This document shows, piece by piece, positions 6,883 through 15,520 of a stretch of DNA of 23,806 bases. The stretch covers positions 1 through 23,806 of the forward strand of contig JAPSGB010000059.1 of assembly GCA_035063585.1 (NCBI GenBank). The letters are read 5' to 3'. The position numbers and the translations under genes are program-made. The DNA comes from Polyangiaceae bacterium (GTDB taxonomy: Bacteria; Myxococcota_A; Polyangia; Polyangiales; Polyangiaceae). The notes under the pieces were generated by a model. It saw nothing but the letters and a program-made list of their open reading frames with translations. It was not told the origin of the DNA and searched no databases. The number at the start of each line of letters is the position of its first letter. Position 1 is the first letter of the stretch.

Positions 6883-8358
6883 ATGCCGCTCGAACCCAAG
6901 ATTACGGCCGCGCGGGCGGGCTCTCGTGACCGCGCGGCCAAGATCTGTGACCCGCTCGGTCACAGGCGTGACCGATTCAGTTACAAACGCGCCCTCCCGC
7001 TCTTGTGCGCGCTCGCGGCGGCCTGCGCTCCGGACCGGCCGCCGGCCGCGCCGACCCCATCCCCCATCCCGGCGGAGCAGCTCGTGGAAACGAGCTCGGA
7101 GCGCCCGCTCGCTGTGCCGGGAGCACGGCCGGCACCCCCGGGGAGCGCCGGCGAGGCGGCGCCGCCCGCCGCGGCCTCGGGCCCGGGGCTCTCCCGCTCG
7201 CGGCTCATCGCCGCGGTGATCGCGCAGAACCCCGACGTCGAAGCGCGACGACAGGCGCTCCGCGCAGCGCGCGCGCGGCGGGCGCAGGTGAGCGCCCTCG
7301 ACGATCCGGAGCTCAGCTACAGCTTCGCCCCGATGAGCATCGCGAGCGAGCGCTTCGGCCAGACGGTCGAGCTCAGCCAGCGGCTACCGTGGCCCGGCAA
7401 GCGAGGCAACCTCGGGCGGAGCGCGGAGTCCGAGGCGGACGCGGCGCAGGCCGACGTGCGCGCGGCCGAGCTCGAGCTCGCGCTCGAGGCCTCGCTCGCC
7501 TTCGACGACTACTGGCTGGTCGACCGCCAGCTCGAGGTGAACGTGCACCACCGACACCTGCTGTCGGATTTCGAGAGGACGGCCGAGAGCGTGCTCAAGG
7601 TCGGCGCCGGTTCGCTGCAGGACCCGCTCCAGGCGCGGGTGGAGCTCGCGCGCCTCGAAGCCGACGAGGTGAACCTCGGCGCCGCGCGCGCGGTGGCCAT
7701 CGCGGAGCTCAACTCGCTCCTACATCGCCCGTCGGGCGAGCCGCTACCGGCGCCGCTCAGCTCCGAGCGCGCGATATTCGAACCGCCGCCGCCGGAGGCG
7801 ACGCTGGTCCGCGAAGCGCTCGGAGCGAGCCCCGAGCTCCGCGCGCTCGCCGCCCGCGCCCGCGCAGCCGAGGCGTCCGGCGACTACGCTCGCCGCGAGT
7901 ACTACCCGGACCTCACCCTCATGGTCTCCTACAGCACGATGTACATGCCGGAAGATCGGCTGATGATCGGCGCCTCGACGCCACTCCCCCTCCAGCGTGG
8001 GCGGCGCGGAGCCGCGGTCGAAGAGTTCGACGCGCGCGCGCTCGAGCTGCGGAGCGAGAGCGCGCGCCTCGCCGATCGTCTCCGCGCTCGGGTGCGAGTC
8101 GCGCGCGAGCGGGTGCTCGCCGGCCTAAAAATCGTGAAGCTCCACGACCAGCGGCTGGTCCCGGCAGCGAACGCCCAGGTGTCGACCGCGCGCACCGAGC
8201 TCGCCGCCGGACGCACGAGCTTCGTCGCCGTGCTCGACGCCGAGCGCAGCCTCCGCGACGTCGAGCTGTCACGATGGGCGGCCATCGCGGAGCTCAACCA
8301 ATGGCGCGCGCGGCTCGATCGAGCGGCGGGCCGGGTCGCGTTCGCGGGGGCGCGATGA
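6883..8358 (+). CDS. TolC-family outer-membrane efflux lipoprotein (CusC-like component); start uncertain
   Basis: Lipobox-like LCALAAAC followed by a Pro/Ala linker. OEP motifs QNPDV, ALDDPEL, LSQRLPWPGKR, REYYPDLTL and GRTSFVAVLDA. ATGA overlap with the next gene. Confidence 0.9.
   Translation: MPLEPKITAARAGSRDRAAKICDPLGHRRDRFSYKRALPLLCALAAACAPDRPPAAPTPSPIPAEQLVETSSERPLAVPGARPAPPGSAGEAAPPAAASGPGLSRSRLIAAVIAQNPDVEARRQALRAARARRAQVSALDDPELSYSFAPMSIASERFGQTVELSQRLPWPGKRGNLGRSAESEADAAQADVRAAELELALEASLAFDDYWLVDRQLEVNVHHRHLLSDFERTAESVLKVGAGSLQDPLQARVELARLEADEVNLGAARAVAIAELNSLLHRPSGEPLPAPLSSERAIFEPPPPEATLVREALGASPELRALAARARAAEASGDYARREYYPDLTLMVSYSTMYMPEDRLMIGASTPLPLQRGRRGAAVEEFDARALELRSESARLADRLRARVRVARERVLAGLKIVKLHDQRLVPAANAQVSTARTELAAGRTSFVAVLDAERSLRDVELSRWAAIAELNQWRARLDRAAGRVAFAGAR
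6925..6985. promoter_or_regulatory. Three phased putative operator/enhancer sites, consensus YGTGACC-N5-GGTCACA, 21-bp period
   Basis: CGTGACC half-site at 6925, perfect palindrome TGTGACC-CGCTC-GGTCACA at 6946-6964, and CGTGACC-GATTC-AGTTACA at 6967-6985. Confidence 0.55.
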
Positions 8359-9680
8359 GCGGCAGCAGGTTTCGCGCGCGCACCCTCGTCGCGGTCGCGA
8401 CGGTGGTGGCAGCGGCGGCCGGCGCGGGGGGGTACTTCGCCGGGCACGGTTCGGCGCACGCGAGCGCACCCGGCCCGAGCGCGGGCGCGAGCTCGGCTCC
8501 GGTGAGCGTCACCCGCTACACCTGCCCGATGCATCCGAGCGTGATCCAAGATCATCCCGGGCGCTGCCCCCTCTGCGGCATGGCCTTGGTGCCCATGAAG
8601 GAGAAGCCAAAGGCGGCCGCACCCACCGCGGGGCACGGCCACGAGGATCGACCGCCGGGCGAGCGCGTCGGGGTCCCGGGGCTCGCTCTGGTCACCATCG
8701 ATCCGGAGCGCCAGCAGCTCATCGGTCTGCGGACGGCGCCCGTCGAGCGCACCGAGGTGGGCGGCACCTGGCAGACCGTCGGGCGGGTCGCCTTCGACGA
8801 GACGCGGATTCGTACCGTCACGGTGAAGGTGCCGGTGTACGTCGAGCAGGTCGTGGCTGACTTCATCGGTAAGAAGGTGGCGCGCGGCGCCGCGCTCTTC
8901 AGCGGCTACAGCCCCGACATCTTGGCCGCGCAGGACCAATACCTCATCGCGCTCCAGAGCCAGGCCGCCTTCGCGCCGCTCACCGACGCGGGCGCGCCGA
9001 GCGGCGCGCTGGTCGAAGCGGCACGCCGCAAGCTCGAGCTCTGGGATGTTCCGAAATCCACCATCTCGAAGCTCGAGAGGACGGGCAAGGCGTCGCGCAG
9101 CATCGTCTTCCACTCGCCGATCGCGGGGGTCGTCACCGAGCGCAACGTGTTCCCGGGCACCCGCCTCGAGCCGGGCGCGATCGCCTATCAAGTCGTCGAC
9201 TTGACCACGGTGTGGGTCCTGGCAGACATCTATGAGAACGAGCTCGCTCGTGTCGAGGCCGGGATGAGCGCGGAGCTCGCCCTCCAGGCTTACCCAGGGC
9301 GGCGCTTCGACGGGAAGGTCGCCTTCATCGATCCCGTGCTCGACGCGGGCAGCCGGACCGCGAAGGCGCGCCTCGCTTTTCAGAACCCGGACGGCGCGCT
9401 CAAGCCAGAAATGTACGGCAAGGTCACCCTGACCAGCAAAGCGCGCACCGGCCTCGCGATCCCTGACGATGCGATCATCGACAGCGGGCAACGGAAGGTA
9501 GTGTTCGTCGCCTTGGGCGACGGGAAATTCGAGCCGCGCGAGATCGTCCCGGGCGTGAGGAGCGGCGAGCGCGTCGAGGTGCTCTCGGGGCTCGACGCGG
9601 GCGAACGCGTGGTCACCCGCGCCAACTTCCTGATCGACTCCGAGTCGCGACTGCGCGCCTCGCTCGCGCAGACCCCATGA
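8355..9680 (+). CDS. cusB: CusB-type RND periplasmic adaptor with heavy-metal-binding domain, 441 aa
   Basis: ATG overlaps the TolC stop (ATGA). N-terminal membrane anchor. YTCPMHP...GRCPLCGMALVP motif. MFP motifs QQLIGLRT, YSPDILAAQDQY, LKPEMYG and NFLIDSESRL. Confidence 0.93.
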   Translation: MSGSRFRARTLVAVATVVAAAAGAGGYFAGHGSAHASAPGPSAGASSAPVSVTRYTCPMHPSVIQDHPGRCPLCGMALVPMKEKPKAAAPTAGHGHEDRPPGERVGVPGLALVTIDPERQQLIGLRTAPVERTEVGGTWQTVGRVAFDETRIRTVTVKVPVYVEQVVADFIGKKVARGAALFSGYSPDILAAQDQYLIALQSQAAFAPLTDAGAPSGALVEAARRKLELWDVPKSTISKLERTGKASRSIVFHSPIAGVVTERNVFPGTRLEPGAIAYQVVDLTTVWVLADIYENELARVEAGMSAELALQAYPGRRFDGKVAFIDPVLDAGSRTAKARLAFQNPDGALKPEMYGKVTLTSKARTGLAIPDDAIIDSGQRKVVFVALGDGKFEPREIVPGVRSGERVEVLSGLDAGERVVTRANFLIDSESRLRASLAQTP

Positions 9681-12600
9681 TCAAGTGGCTCATCCGCTTC
9701 TCGGCCGAGTATCGCTTCTTGGTCGTCGGCGCGGTGCTCGCCGCGCTCGCCGGCGCGGTGTGGTCGATGCGTCACATCCCGCTCGATGCGGTCCCCGATC
9801 TCGCCGACACCCAGGTCATCGTCTACTCCCGATGGGATCGGAGCCCGGACATCATCGAGGATCAGGTGACCTACCCGATCATCACCGCGCTCCTCGGGGC
9901 GCCCCGGGTCAAGGCGGTGCGCGGCTTCTCCGATTTCGGCTTCAGCTACGTCTACGTCATCTTCGAGGACGGAACCGACCTCTATTGGGCACGGACCCGG
10001 GTGCTCGAGTACCTGTCCAAGATCACGCCCGAGCTCCCGCGTGACGTAAAGACGGAGCTCGGCCCCGACGCGACCAGCGTCGGGTGGGTCTACCAGTACG
10101 CGCTGGTCGACGAGACCGGCGAGCACTCGCTCGACGAGCTCCGGAGCTATCAGGATTGGTACCTGCGCTACGCCCTGCAGAGCGTGTCCGGAGTCTCTGA
10201 AGTCGCGAGCATCGGAGGTCAAGTCCGCGAGTATCAGGTCGCGGTCGACCCCACCAAGCTGGTCGCGTACGGGCTCACCATCGCGGACGTCACCCGCGCC
10301 GTGCGGAGCGGAAACGACGACGTGGGCGGCCGGCTCGTGGAGCTCACCGGGCGCGAGTACATGGTGAGGAGCCGCGGATACATCAAGACGCTCGACGACA
10401 TCCGTAACCTCGTGCTCCGCGCGGGTGACGGGACCCCCGTCCTCGTGAAGGACGTCGGCCGGGTGAGCCTCGGCCCGGCCATGCGTCGCGGGGTCGCCGA
10501 TCTCGACGGACGCGGCGACGTGGTCGGCGGCATCGTCATCATGCGCTCCGGGGAGAACGCGCTCGACGTCGTCTCGCGAGTCAAACAAAAGCTCGCGGAC
10601 CTCGCGCCTTCCATGCCGAAAGGCGTCACGGTCGTCACCACCTACGATCGCTCGGAGCTCATCGAGTCCGCCATCGACACGGTGAGCTCCAAGCTCATCG
10701 AGGAGATCATCGTCGTCTGCCTGGTGATCCTGGTCTTCCTCTGGCACTTCCCCTCCGCGGTGATCCCCGTGGTCACCATCCCGGTGGCGGTCGCCCTCGC
10801 CTTCATCCCCATGCAGGCGGCCGGCATCGACGCCAATTTGATGTCACTCGCCGGGATCGCCATTTCCATCGGGGTGCTGGTCGACGGCGCCATCGTCGAG
10901 GTCGAGAACGCCTACAACAAGATCCATCACTGGATAAAGGACGGCAAACCCGGCAGCTTCCATGAAGTTCGCCTCCAGGCGCTGCTCGAGGTCGGACCCG
11001 GCGTCTTCTTCTCGCTCATGGTGGTGGCGGTGTCGTTCCTGCCGGTCTTCACCTTGACCGACCAGGAGGGACGCCTCTTCCGTCCGCTCGCCTACTCGAA
11101 GACGCTGGCCATGGCGATCGCCGCGCTCTTGGCGCTCACCTTGAACCCGGCCATGCGGATGATGTTCGCGCGCATCGAGCCCTTCCGCTTTCGACCGCGC
11201 CCGGCGGCCTGGCTCGCGAACCGGCTCTTCATCGGGACCTACTACTCCGAAGAGAATCACCCGATCTCGCGGCTGCTCCACCGGCTCTACGAGGGTCCCT
11301 GTCGCTTCGTCCTCCGCCACCCGTACGCGACCATCGCGACGAGCGCGGCGCTGGTCGTCGCGACCATCCCGGCCTACCGCGCGCTCGGCTCCGAATTCAT
11401 GCCCCCGCTCCGCGAAGGCACCATCCTCTACATGCCGACCTCGGTCGAGCCAGGGATGTCGGTGGCCGAGGCCGAGCAGGTCCTCCAAGTCCAAGACAAG
11501 ATCCTTCGGAGCTTCCCCGAGGTCGAGCGCGTCTTCGGGAAGGCGGGCCGCGCCACCACCTCCACCGATCCGGCGCCGTTCACCATGATGGAGACGACGG
11601 TGCTCCTCAAGCCCGAGCGTGAGTGGCGCGCGAAGGAGCGCTTCTACTCATCGTGGGCGCCCGGGTGGCTCGCCGGTGTCCTCCGCTCCTTCTGGCCGGA
11701 CCGGATCAGCGAGGAAGAGCTCGAGCACGAGCTCGATGAAGCGCTGAAGTTTCCAGGGATCTCGAACGCGTGGACGATGCCGATCCAAGGTCGTCTCGAC
11801 ATGCTCTCCACCGGGATCCGCACGCCGGTCGGGATCAAGGTGAGCGGCTCGGATCTCGCCGTCGTGGAGCGGATTGCGCTCGAAGCCGAGGCGGCGCTCC
11901 AGGGGCTTCCCGGGACGCGGAGCGTGTACGCGGAGCGAGTCGCGGGGGGCTACTTCCTCGACTTCACCCTGAAGCGCGACCGGCTCGCGCGCTACGGGCT
12001 CAGTGTCGACGACGCGAACCAACTCGTCATGACCGCGGTGGGCGGCGAAGTCCAGTCGACCACCGTCGAAGGCCGCGAACGCTACGGCATCAGCGTGCGC
12101 TACGCCCGCGATTTTCGGCAGGACGTGGACGCGCTCCGCCGCGTGCTCGTCCCACTCCCCAGCGGAAAGGGCCAGATCCCCATCAGTGAAATCGCCGAGG
12201 TCGAGCTCGCCCACGGCCCCTCGATGATCCGCGACGAGAATGGGCTCCTCACCGGCTACGTGTACATCGACATCGACACCTCGCAGATCGACCTCGGCTC
12301 GTACGTCGAACATGCGAAAGAGGTCGTCGCGTCCCACGTCACCGTACCGACCGGCACCAGCCTCATCTTCAGTGGGCAGTACGAGAACATGCAGCGCGTG
12401 AAGGAGCGCCTCGAGCTCGTCATCCCGATCACGATCCTCCTCATCTTTGCGCTCCTCTACATGAACACGCGTTCGTCCTTCAAAGCGCTCCTCGTCATGC
12501 TCGCCGTTCCGTTCTCCGCGATCGGCGCGGTGTGGCTCCTCTGGGCGCTCGACTACAACATGTCGATCGCGGTCTGGGTGGGCGTCATCGCCTTGATGGG

Positions 12601-12958
12601 GCTCGACGCCGAGACCGGTGTCTTCATGCTGCTCTTTCTCGACCTCTCGTACGACGAGCGGAAGCGCGCCGGGCTCCTGCGGACGCGGCACGATCTGGTC
12701 GAGGCCATCGTGCACGGCGCGGTGAAGCGCATTCGCCCGAAGGTCATGACGGTGCTCGCCGGCATGCTCGGGCTCCTACCCATCATGTGGTCGAACGGCA
12801 CCGGGGCGGATCTCATGAAGCGCATCGCGACCCCGATGATCGGAGGTCTCGTGACCTCCTTCTGGCTCGAGCTCCTCGTCTATCCGCCGATTTACCTCCT
12901 CTACAAGGAGCGCAAGCTCCGCCACGCCGGCTCGGAAGCGGTGGAATCGGTCGGCTGA
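9677..12958 (+). CDS. cusA: CusA/SilA-type Cu(I)/Ag(I) heavy-metal efflux RND permease, 1093 aa
   Basis: Motifs PLDAVPDLADTQVI, EDQVTYP and LGPDATSVGWVYQY. Three-Met site equivalents are present (ILYMPT, PFTMMET, RLDMLSTG). Proton-relay D/E/K equivalents are present (LVDGA, DAETG, IRPKVMT). Confidence 0.96.
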   Translation: MIKWLIRFSAEYRFLVVGAVLAALAGAVWSMRHIPLDAVPDLADTQVIVYSRWDRSPDIIEDQVTYPIITALLGAPRVKAVRGFSDFGFSYVYVIFEDGTDLYWARTRVLEYLSKITPELPRDVKTELGPDATSVGWVYQYALVDETGEHSLDELRSYQDWYLRYALQSVSGVSEVASIGGQVREYQVAVDPTKLVAYGLTIADVTRAVRSGNDDVGGRLVELTGREYMVRSRGYIKTLDDIRNLVLRAGDGTPVLVKDVGRVSLGPAMRRGVADLDGRGDVVGGIVIMRSGENALDVVSRVKQKLADLAPSMPKGVTVVTTYDRSELIESAIDTVSSKLIEEIIVVCLVILVFLWHFPSAVIPVVTIPVAVALAFIPMQAAGIDANLMSLAGIAISIGVLVDGAIVEVENAYNKIHHWIKDGKPGSFHEVRLQALLEVGPGVFFSLMVVAVSFLPVFTLTDQEGRLFRPLAYSKTLAMAIAALLALTLNPAMRMMFARIEPFRFRPRPAAWLANRLFIGTYYSEENHPISRLLHRLYEGPCRFVLRHPYATIATSAALVVATIPAYRALGSEFMPPLREGTILYMPTSVEPGMSVAEAEQVLQVQDKILRSFPEVERVFGKAGRATTSTDPAPFTMMETTVLLKPEREWRAKERFYSSWAPGWLAGVLRSFWPDRISEEELEHELDEALKFPGISNAWTMPIQGRLDMLSTGIRTPVGIKVSGSDLAVVERIALEAEAALQGLPGTRSVYAERVAGGYFLDFTLKRDRLARYGLSVDDANQLVMTAVGGEVQSTTVEGRERYGISVRYARDFRQDVDALRRVLVPLPSGKGQIPISEIAEVELAHGPSMIRDENGLLTGYVYIDIDTSQIDLGSYVEHAKEVVASHVTVPTGTSLIFSGQYENMQRVKERLELVIPITILLIFALLYMNTRSSFKALLVMLAVPFSAIGAVWLLWALDYNMSIAVWVGVIALMGLDAETGVFMLLFLDLSYDERKRAGLLRTRHDLVEAIVHGAVKRIRPKVMTVLAGMLGLLPIMWSNGTGADLMKRIATPMIGGLVTSFWLELLVYPPIYLLYKERKLRHAGSEAVESVG

Positions 12959-13000
12959 GCTCGACTGCGCGCGCGAGCGCGCGCCACCCGGAGCGCATGC

Positions 13001-13029
13001 TCGACGCGATCCGGACGCCGGGCTAGCTT
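13001..13029 (+). promoter_or_regulatory. Possible internal SigA-type promoter TCGACG-N17-TAGCTT
   Basis: Exact 17-nt spacing within the 87-nt gap after cusA, 16 nt upstream of ATG 13046. A very similar motif precedes gnd. Confidence 0.4.
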
Positions 13030-13045
13030 GGCGCCTCCGCCGAGC

Positions 13046-15520
13046 ATGCCGCTTCACCTCCCCTCGCTACCCATCACCGATCCGGTCGCCTTCTTTGCGC
13101 TGGTGACCGCGCTCTTCTTGGTGGTGCCCGTGCTGTTCGAACGCGCCAGGATCCCCGGGTTGGTCGGGCTGATCCTGGCCGGCGCCGTGATCGGCCCGAA
13201 CGGCGCCGGGGTCCTCGAGCGCGGAGAGGCGATGAAGCTGCTCGGCTCGGTCGGCCTGCTCTACCTGATGGCGCTGGTGGGCCTCGAGCTCGACCTCGAG
13301 CAATTTCGACGACATCGGCTCCACAGCGTGGTGTTCGGTGTGAGCTCCTTCTTGGTGCCGCTCGTATCCGGCATCGTGGTCGCCGTGATGCTCGGCTACG
13401 CGGTCCCCGCCGCGACCTTGCTCGGCGCGATGTTCGCGTCTCACACGCTGGTCGGCTATCCGATCGCCAGCCGCCTCGGGATCTTGAAGACGCGCGCGGT
13501 GACCACCGTGCTCGGCGCGACCTTGCTCACGGACCTGCTGGCGCTGCTCGTCCTGGCGTTGGTGGCGGGCGTCCACAGCGGCGGCGACGATATCAAGTTC
13601 TGGCTGCGCCTCTCGGTGCTCCTCCCCGGCTACGTCGCGCTGGTGCTCCTCGGCGTGCCGCGCTTGTCCGGGTGGTTCTTTCGCCGCTTCGGCACCGACA
13701 GCGCGCTCGACTTCCCGTTCATCGTGGCCGTCTTGTTCGCGTCGTGCTGGCTATCGGACGCGCTCGGCATCGAGCCCATCATCGGCGCGCTGCTCACCGG
13801 GTTCGCGCTGAACCCGTTCATTCCCGAGCAGAGCGCGCTGATGAGCCGGATCCGCTTCGCGGCGACCGGCGTGTTCGTGCCGTTCTTCCTCGTGTCGGTC
13901 GGGATGCTCGTCGACTACCGCGCGTTCGGGCAGAGGGAGGCGTGGAGCGCCATCGCGGCGCTCACCGTCAGCGTGGTCGCCTCCAAGGCGCTCGCCGCCA
14001 AGCTGGTCGGCCGCGTGTTTGGCTTCCGGCCGGAAGAGGGCTGGGTCATGTTCGGGCTCTCGGTGTCGCACGCGGCGGCGACCATGGCCATCGTCTTGGT
14101 CGGCTACGATCTCGGGCTCTTCGACCAGTCGATCGTCAACGCGGTAGTCGTGATCATCCTGGTGACGTGCGTCGTCGGGCCTGCGGCGGTGAGCCGCTGG
14201 GGGCGCGTCATCGCGCTCGAGGACAAGCATCGAGCGCCGGCCGGGCCGGCGCCGGTGCGCGTGCTGGTACCCATCTCGAACCCCGCTACCTGCGATACCC
14301 TCATCGATCTGGCGATCTTGCTCCGCCCGCCCGACTCGAGCCAGCCGCTCTTGCCGCTCATCGTGGTGCGCGGTGACGACACGAACACGGACTCACGGGT
14401 CGCCGCCGCCGAGCGAGTCCTCGAGCACGCCGTGCTGCGGGCTTCGGCAGCACAAGTCCCGGTCGCCCCGATGACGCGGGTCGACCACAACATCGCCGAC
14501 GGGATCGCGCGCGGGGTGACTGAACGCCGCGCCTCGATGGTGGTCCTCGGCTGGGACATCCGCGCCGGGGCGCCAGCGCCCGGGTTCGGCATGGTGGTCG
14601 AGCAGCTGCTCGCCAAGACCCACGCGGCGGTGATGGTGGCGCGCACGGCCGGCTCGCTCAACCCGACTCGGCGCGTGATCTTGGTGCTCCCGCCCTTCGC
14701 CAACCATCACCCAGGGTTTGCCGCGGCGCTCCGCGTGGTCAAGCTGCTCGCGCGACAGCTCGCCGCGACGCTCGCGGTGCGCGTCATCGCGGACTCGACC
14801 GCACCCTTCGAGGCCGTGATCTCCGCCACCAAGCCGGACGTGGAGACCCATTACCTTCCGCCCGCGTCGTGGAGGGATCTCGTGCCAGGGCTCGCGCAGA
14901 GCGCGGGGCATCGTGACGTCGTGGTCCTGCTCGGCGCACGCGAGGGCACGCTCACCTGGCACCCGCGGGTCGGGCGCTTGCCGCGAGAGCTCGCGCGAGC
15001 CATGAAAGAGGCGCCCTTATTGGTCATCTATCCTGGCGAGGCCGCCGAAGACGACCGCTCGACCGCGCTCGAACCGTCGGCGCTCGACGAGTACCTCGTT
15101 CCAGCGAGGGTCTCGAGCCGCCTGCCGCGCGACCCGGAGGCCGCGCTCACGGAGCTCATCGGGCGGGAGCTCGATGAGGCTCCCGAGGTTCGCGAGCGAG
15201 CGATGGCGGCGCTCTTCCGCGAGATCCGCGAGGACTCGCACGAGCTTCGCCCCGGGATCGCTCTACCCCACGCGCGCGTCGACGGCATCTCGAGCTCGCT
15301 CTTGTTCCTCGGCTACTCGCCGGAAGGCGTGCACTTGCCCGGGGCCCACGGCCCGGTGCACGTCCTCTTCGTGCTCCTCAGCCCGGAGGGCGCGCCCGAT
15401 CTCCACCTGCGCGCGCTGTCGGCGATCGCGCGAGCGTGCATCGATGACGCGCGACTCGACGGGGTGCTGCGCCGACACGGGATCGAGCGACCGGCCACCA
15501 GTAGCTCCGAGGAAGCATGA
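13046..15520 (+). CDS. CPA2 cation:proton antiporter with USP-like domains and a C-terminal PTS EIIA (Ntr/fructose-mannitol type) domain, 824 aa
   Basis: Same CPA2 motifs as the 4672..6813 paralog (FASHTLVGYP, EPIIGALLTG, FVPFFLVSVGM). USP-like RVLVPISNP...IADGIARGV...VVLGW. The last ~145 aa contain PGIALPHARVDG...VHVLFVLLSP...HLRALSAIAR, typical of EIIA_2. Confidence 0.9.
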   Translation: MPLHLPSLPITDPVAFFALVTALFLVVPVLFERARIPGLVGLILAGAVIGPNGAGVLERGEAMKLLGSVGLLYLMALVGLELDLEQFRRHRLHSVVFGVSSFLVPLVSGIVVAVMLGYAVPAATLLGAMFASHTLVGYPIASRLGILKTRAVTTVLGATLLTDLLALLVLALVAGVHSGGDDIKFWLRLSVLLPGYVALVLLGVPRLSGWFFRRFGTDSALDFPFIVAVLFASCWLSDALGIEPIIGALLTGFALNPFIPEQSALMSRIRFAATGVFVPFFLVSVGMLVDYRAFGQREAWSAIAALTVSVVASKALAAKLVGRVFGFRPEEGWVMFGLSVSHAAATMAIVLVGYDLGLFDQSIVNAVVVIILVTCVVGPAAVSRWGRVIALEDKHRAPAGPAPVRVLVPISNPATCDTLIDLAILLRPPDSSQPLLPLIVVRGDDTNTDSRVAAAERVLEHAVLRASAAQVPVAPMTRVDHNIADGIARGVTERRASMVVLGWDIRAGAPAPGFGMVVEQLLAKTHAAVMVARTAGSLNPTRRVILVLPPFANHHPGFAAALRVVKLLARQLAATLAVRVIADSTAPFEAVISATKPDVETHYLPPASWRDLVPGLAQSAGHRDVVVLLGAREGTLTWHPRVGRLPRELARAMKEAPLLVIYPGEAAEDDRSTALEPSALDEYLVPARVSSRLPRDPEAALTELIGRELDEAPEVRERAMAALFREIREDSHELRPGIALPHARVDGISSSLLFLGYSPEGVHLPGAHGPVHVLFVLLSPEGAPDLHLRALSAIARACIDDARLDGVLRRHGIERPATSSSEEA

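Noticed and set aside
7005..8354. Apparent 891-aa CusB with a 450-aa N-terminal extension
   Set aside because: The extension is an Arg/Gly/Ala-rich off-frame read of the TolC gene. The real start is the ATGA-coupled ATG at 8355.
9380..12715. Long antisense ORFs opposite cusA (and likewise opposite the other large genes)
   Set aside because: Typical stop-poor shadows of high-GC3 coding strands, with no recognisable motifs.
12967..12984. GCGCGCG-CGAG-CGCGCGC hairpin after cusA as a terminator
   Set aside because: Low-complexity GC alternation with no U tract; insufficient support.
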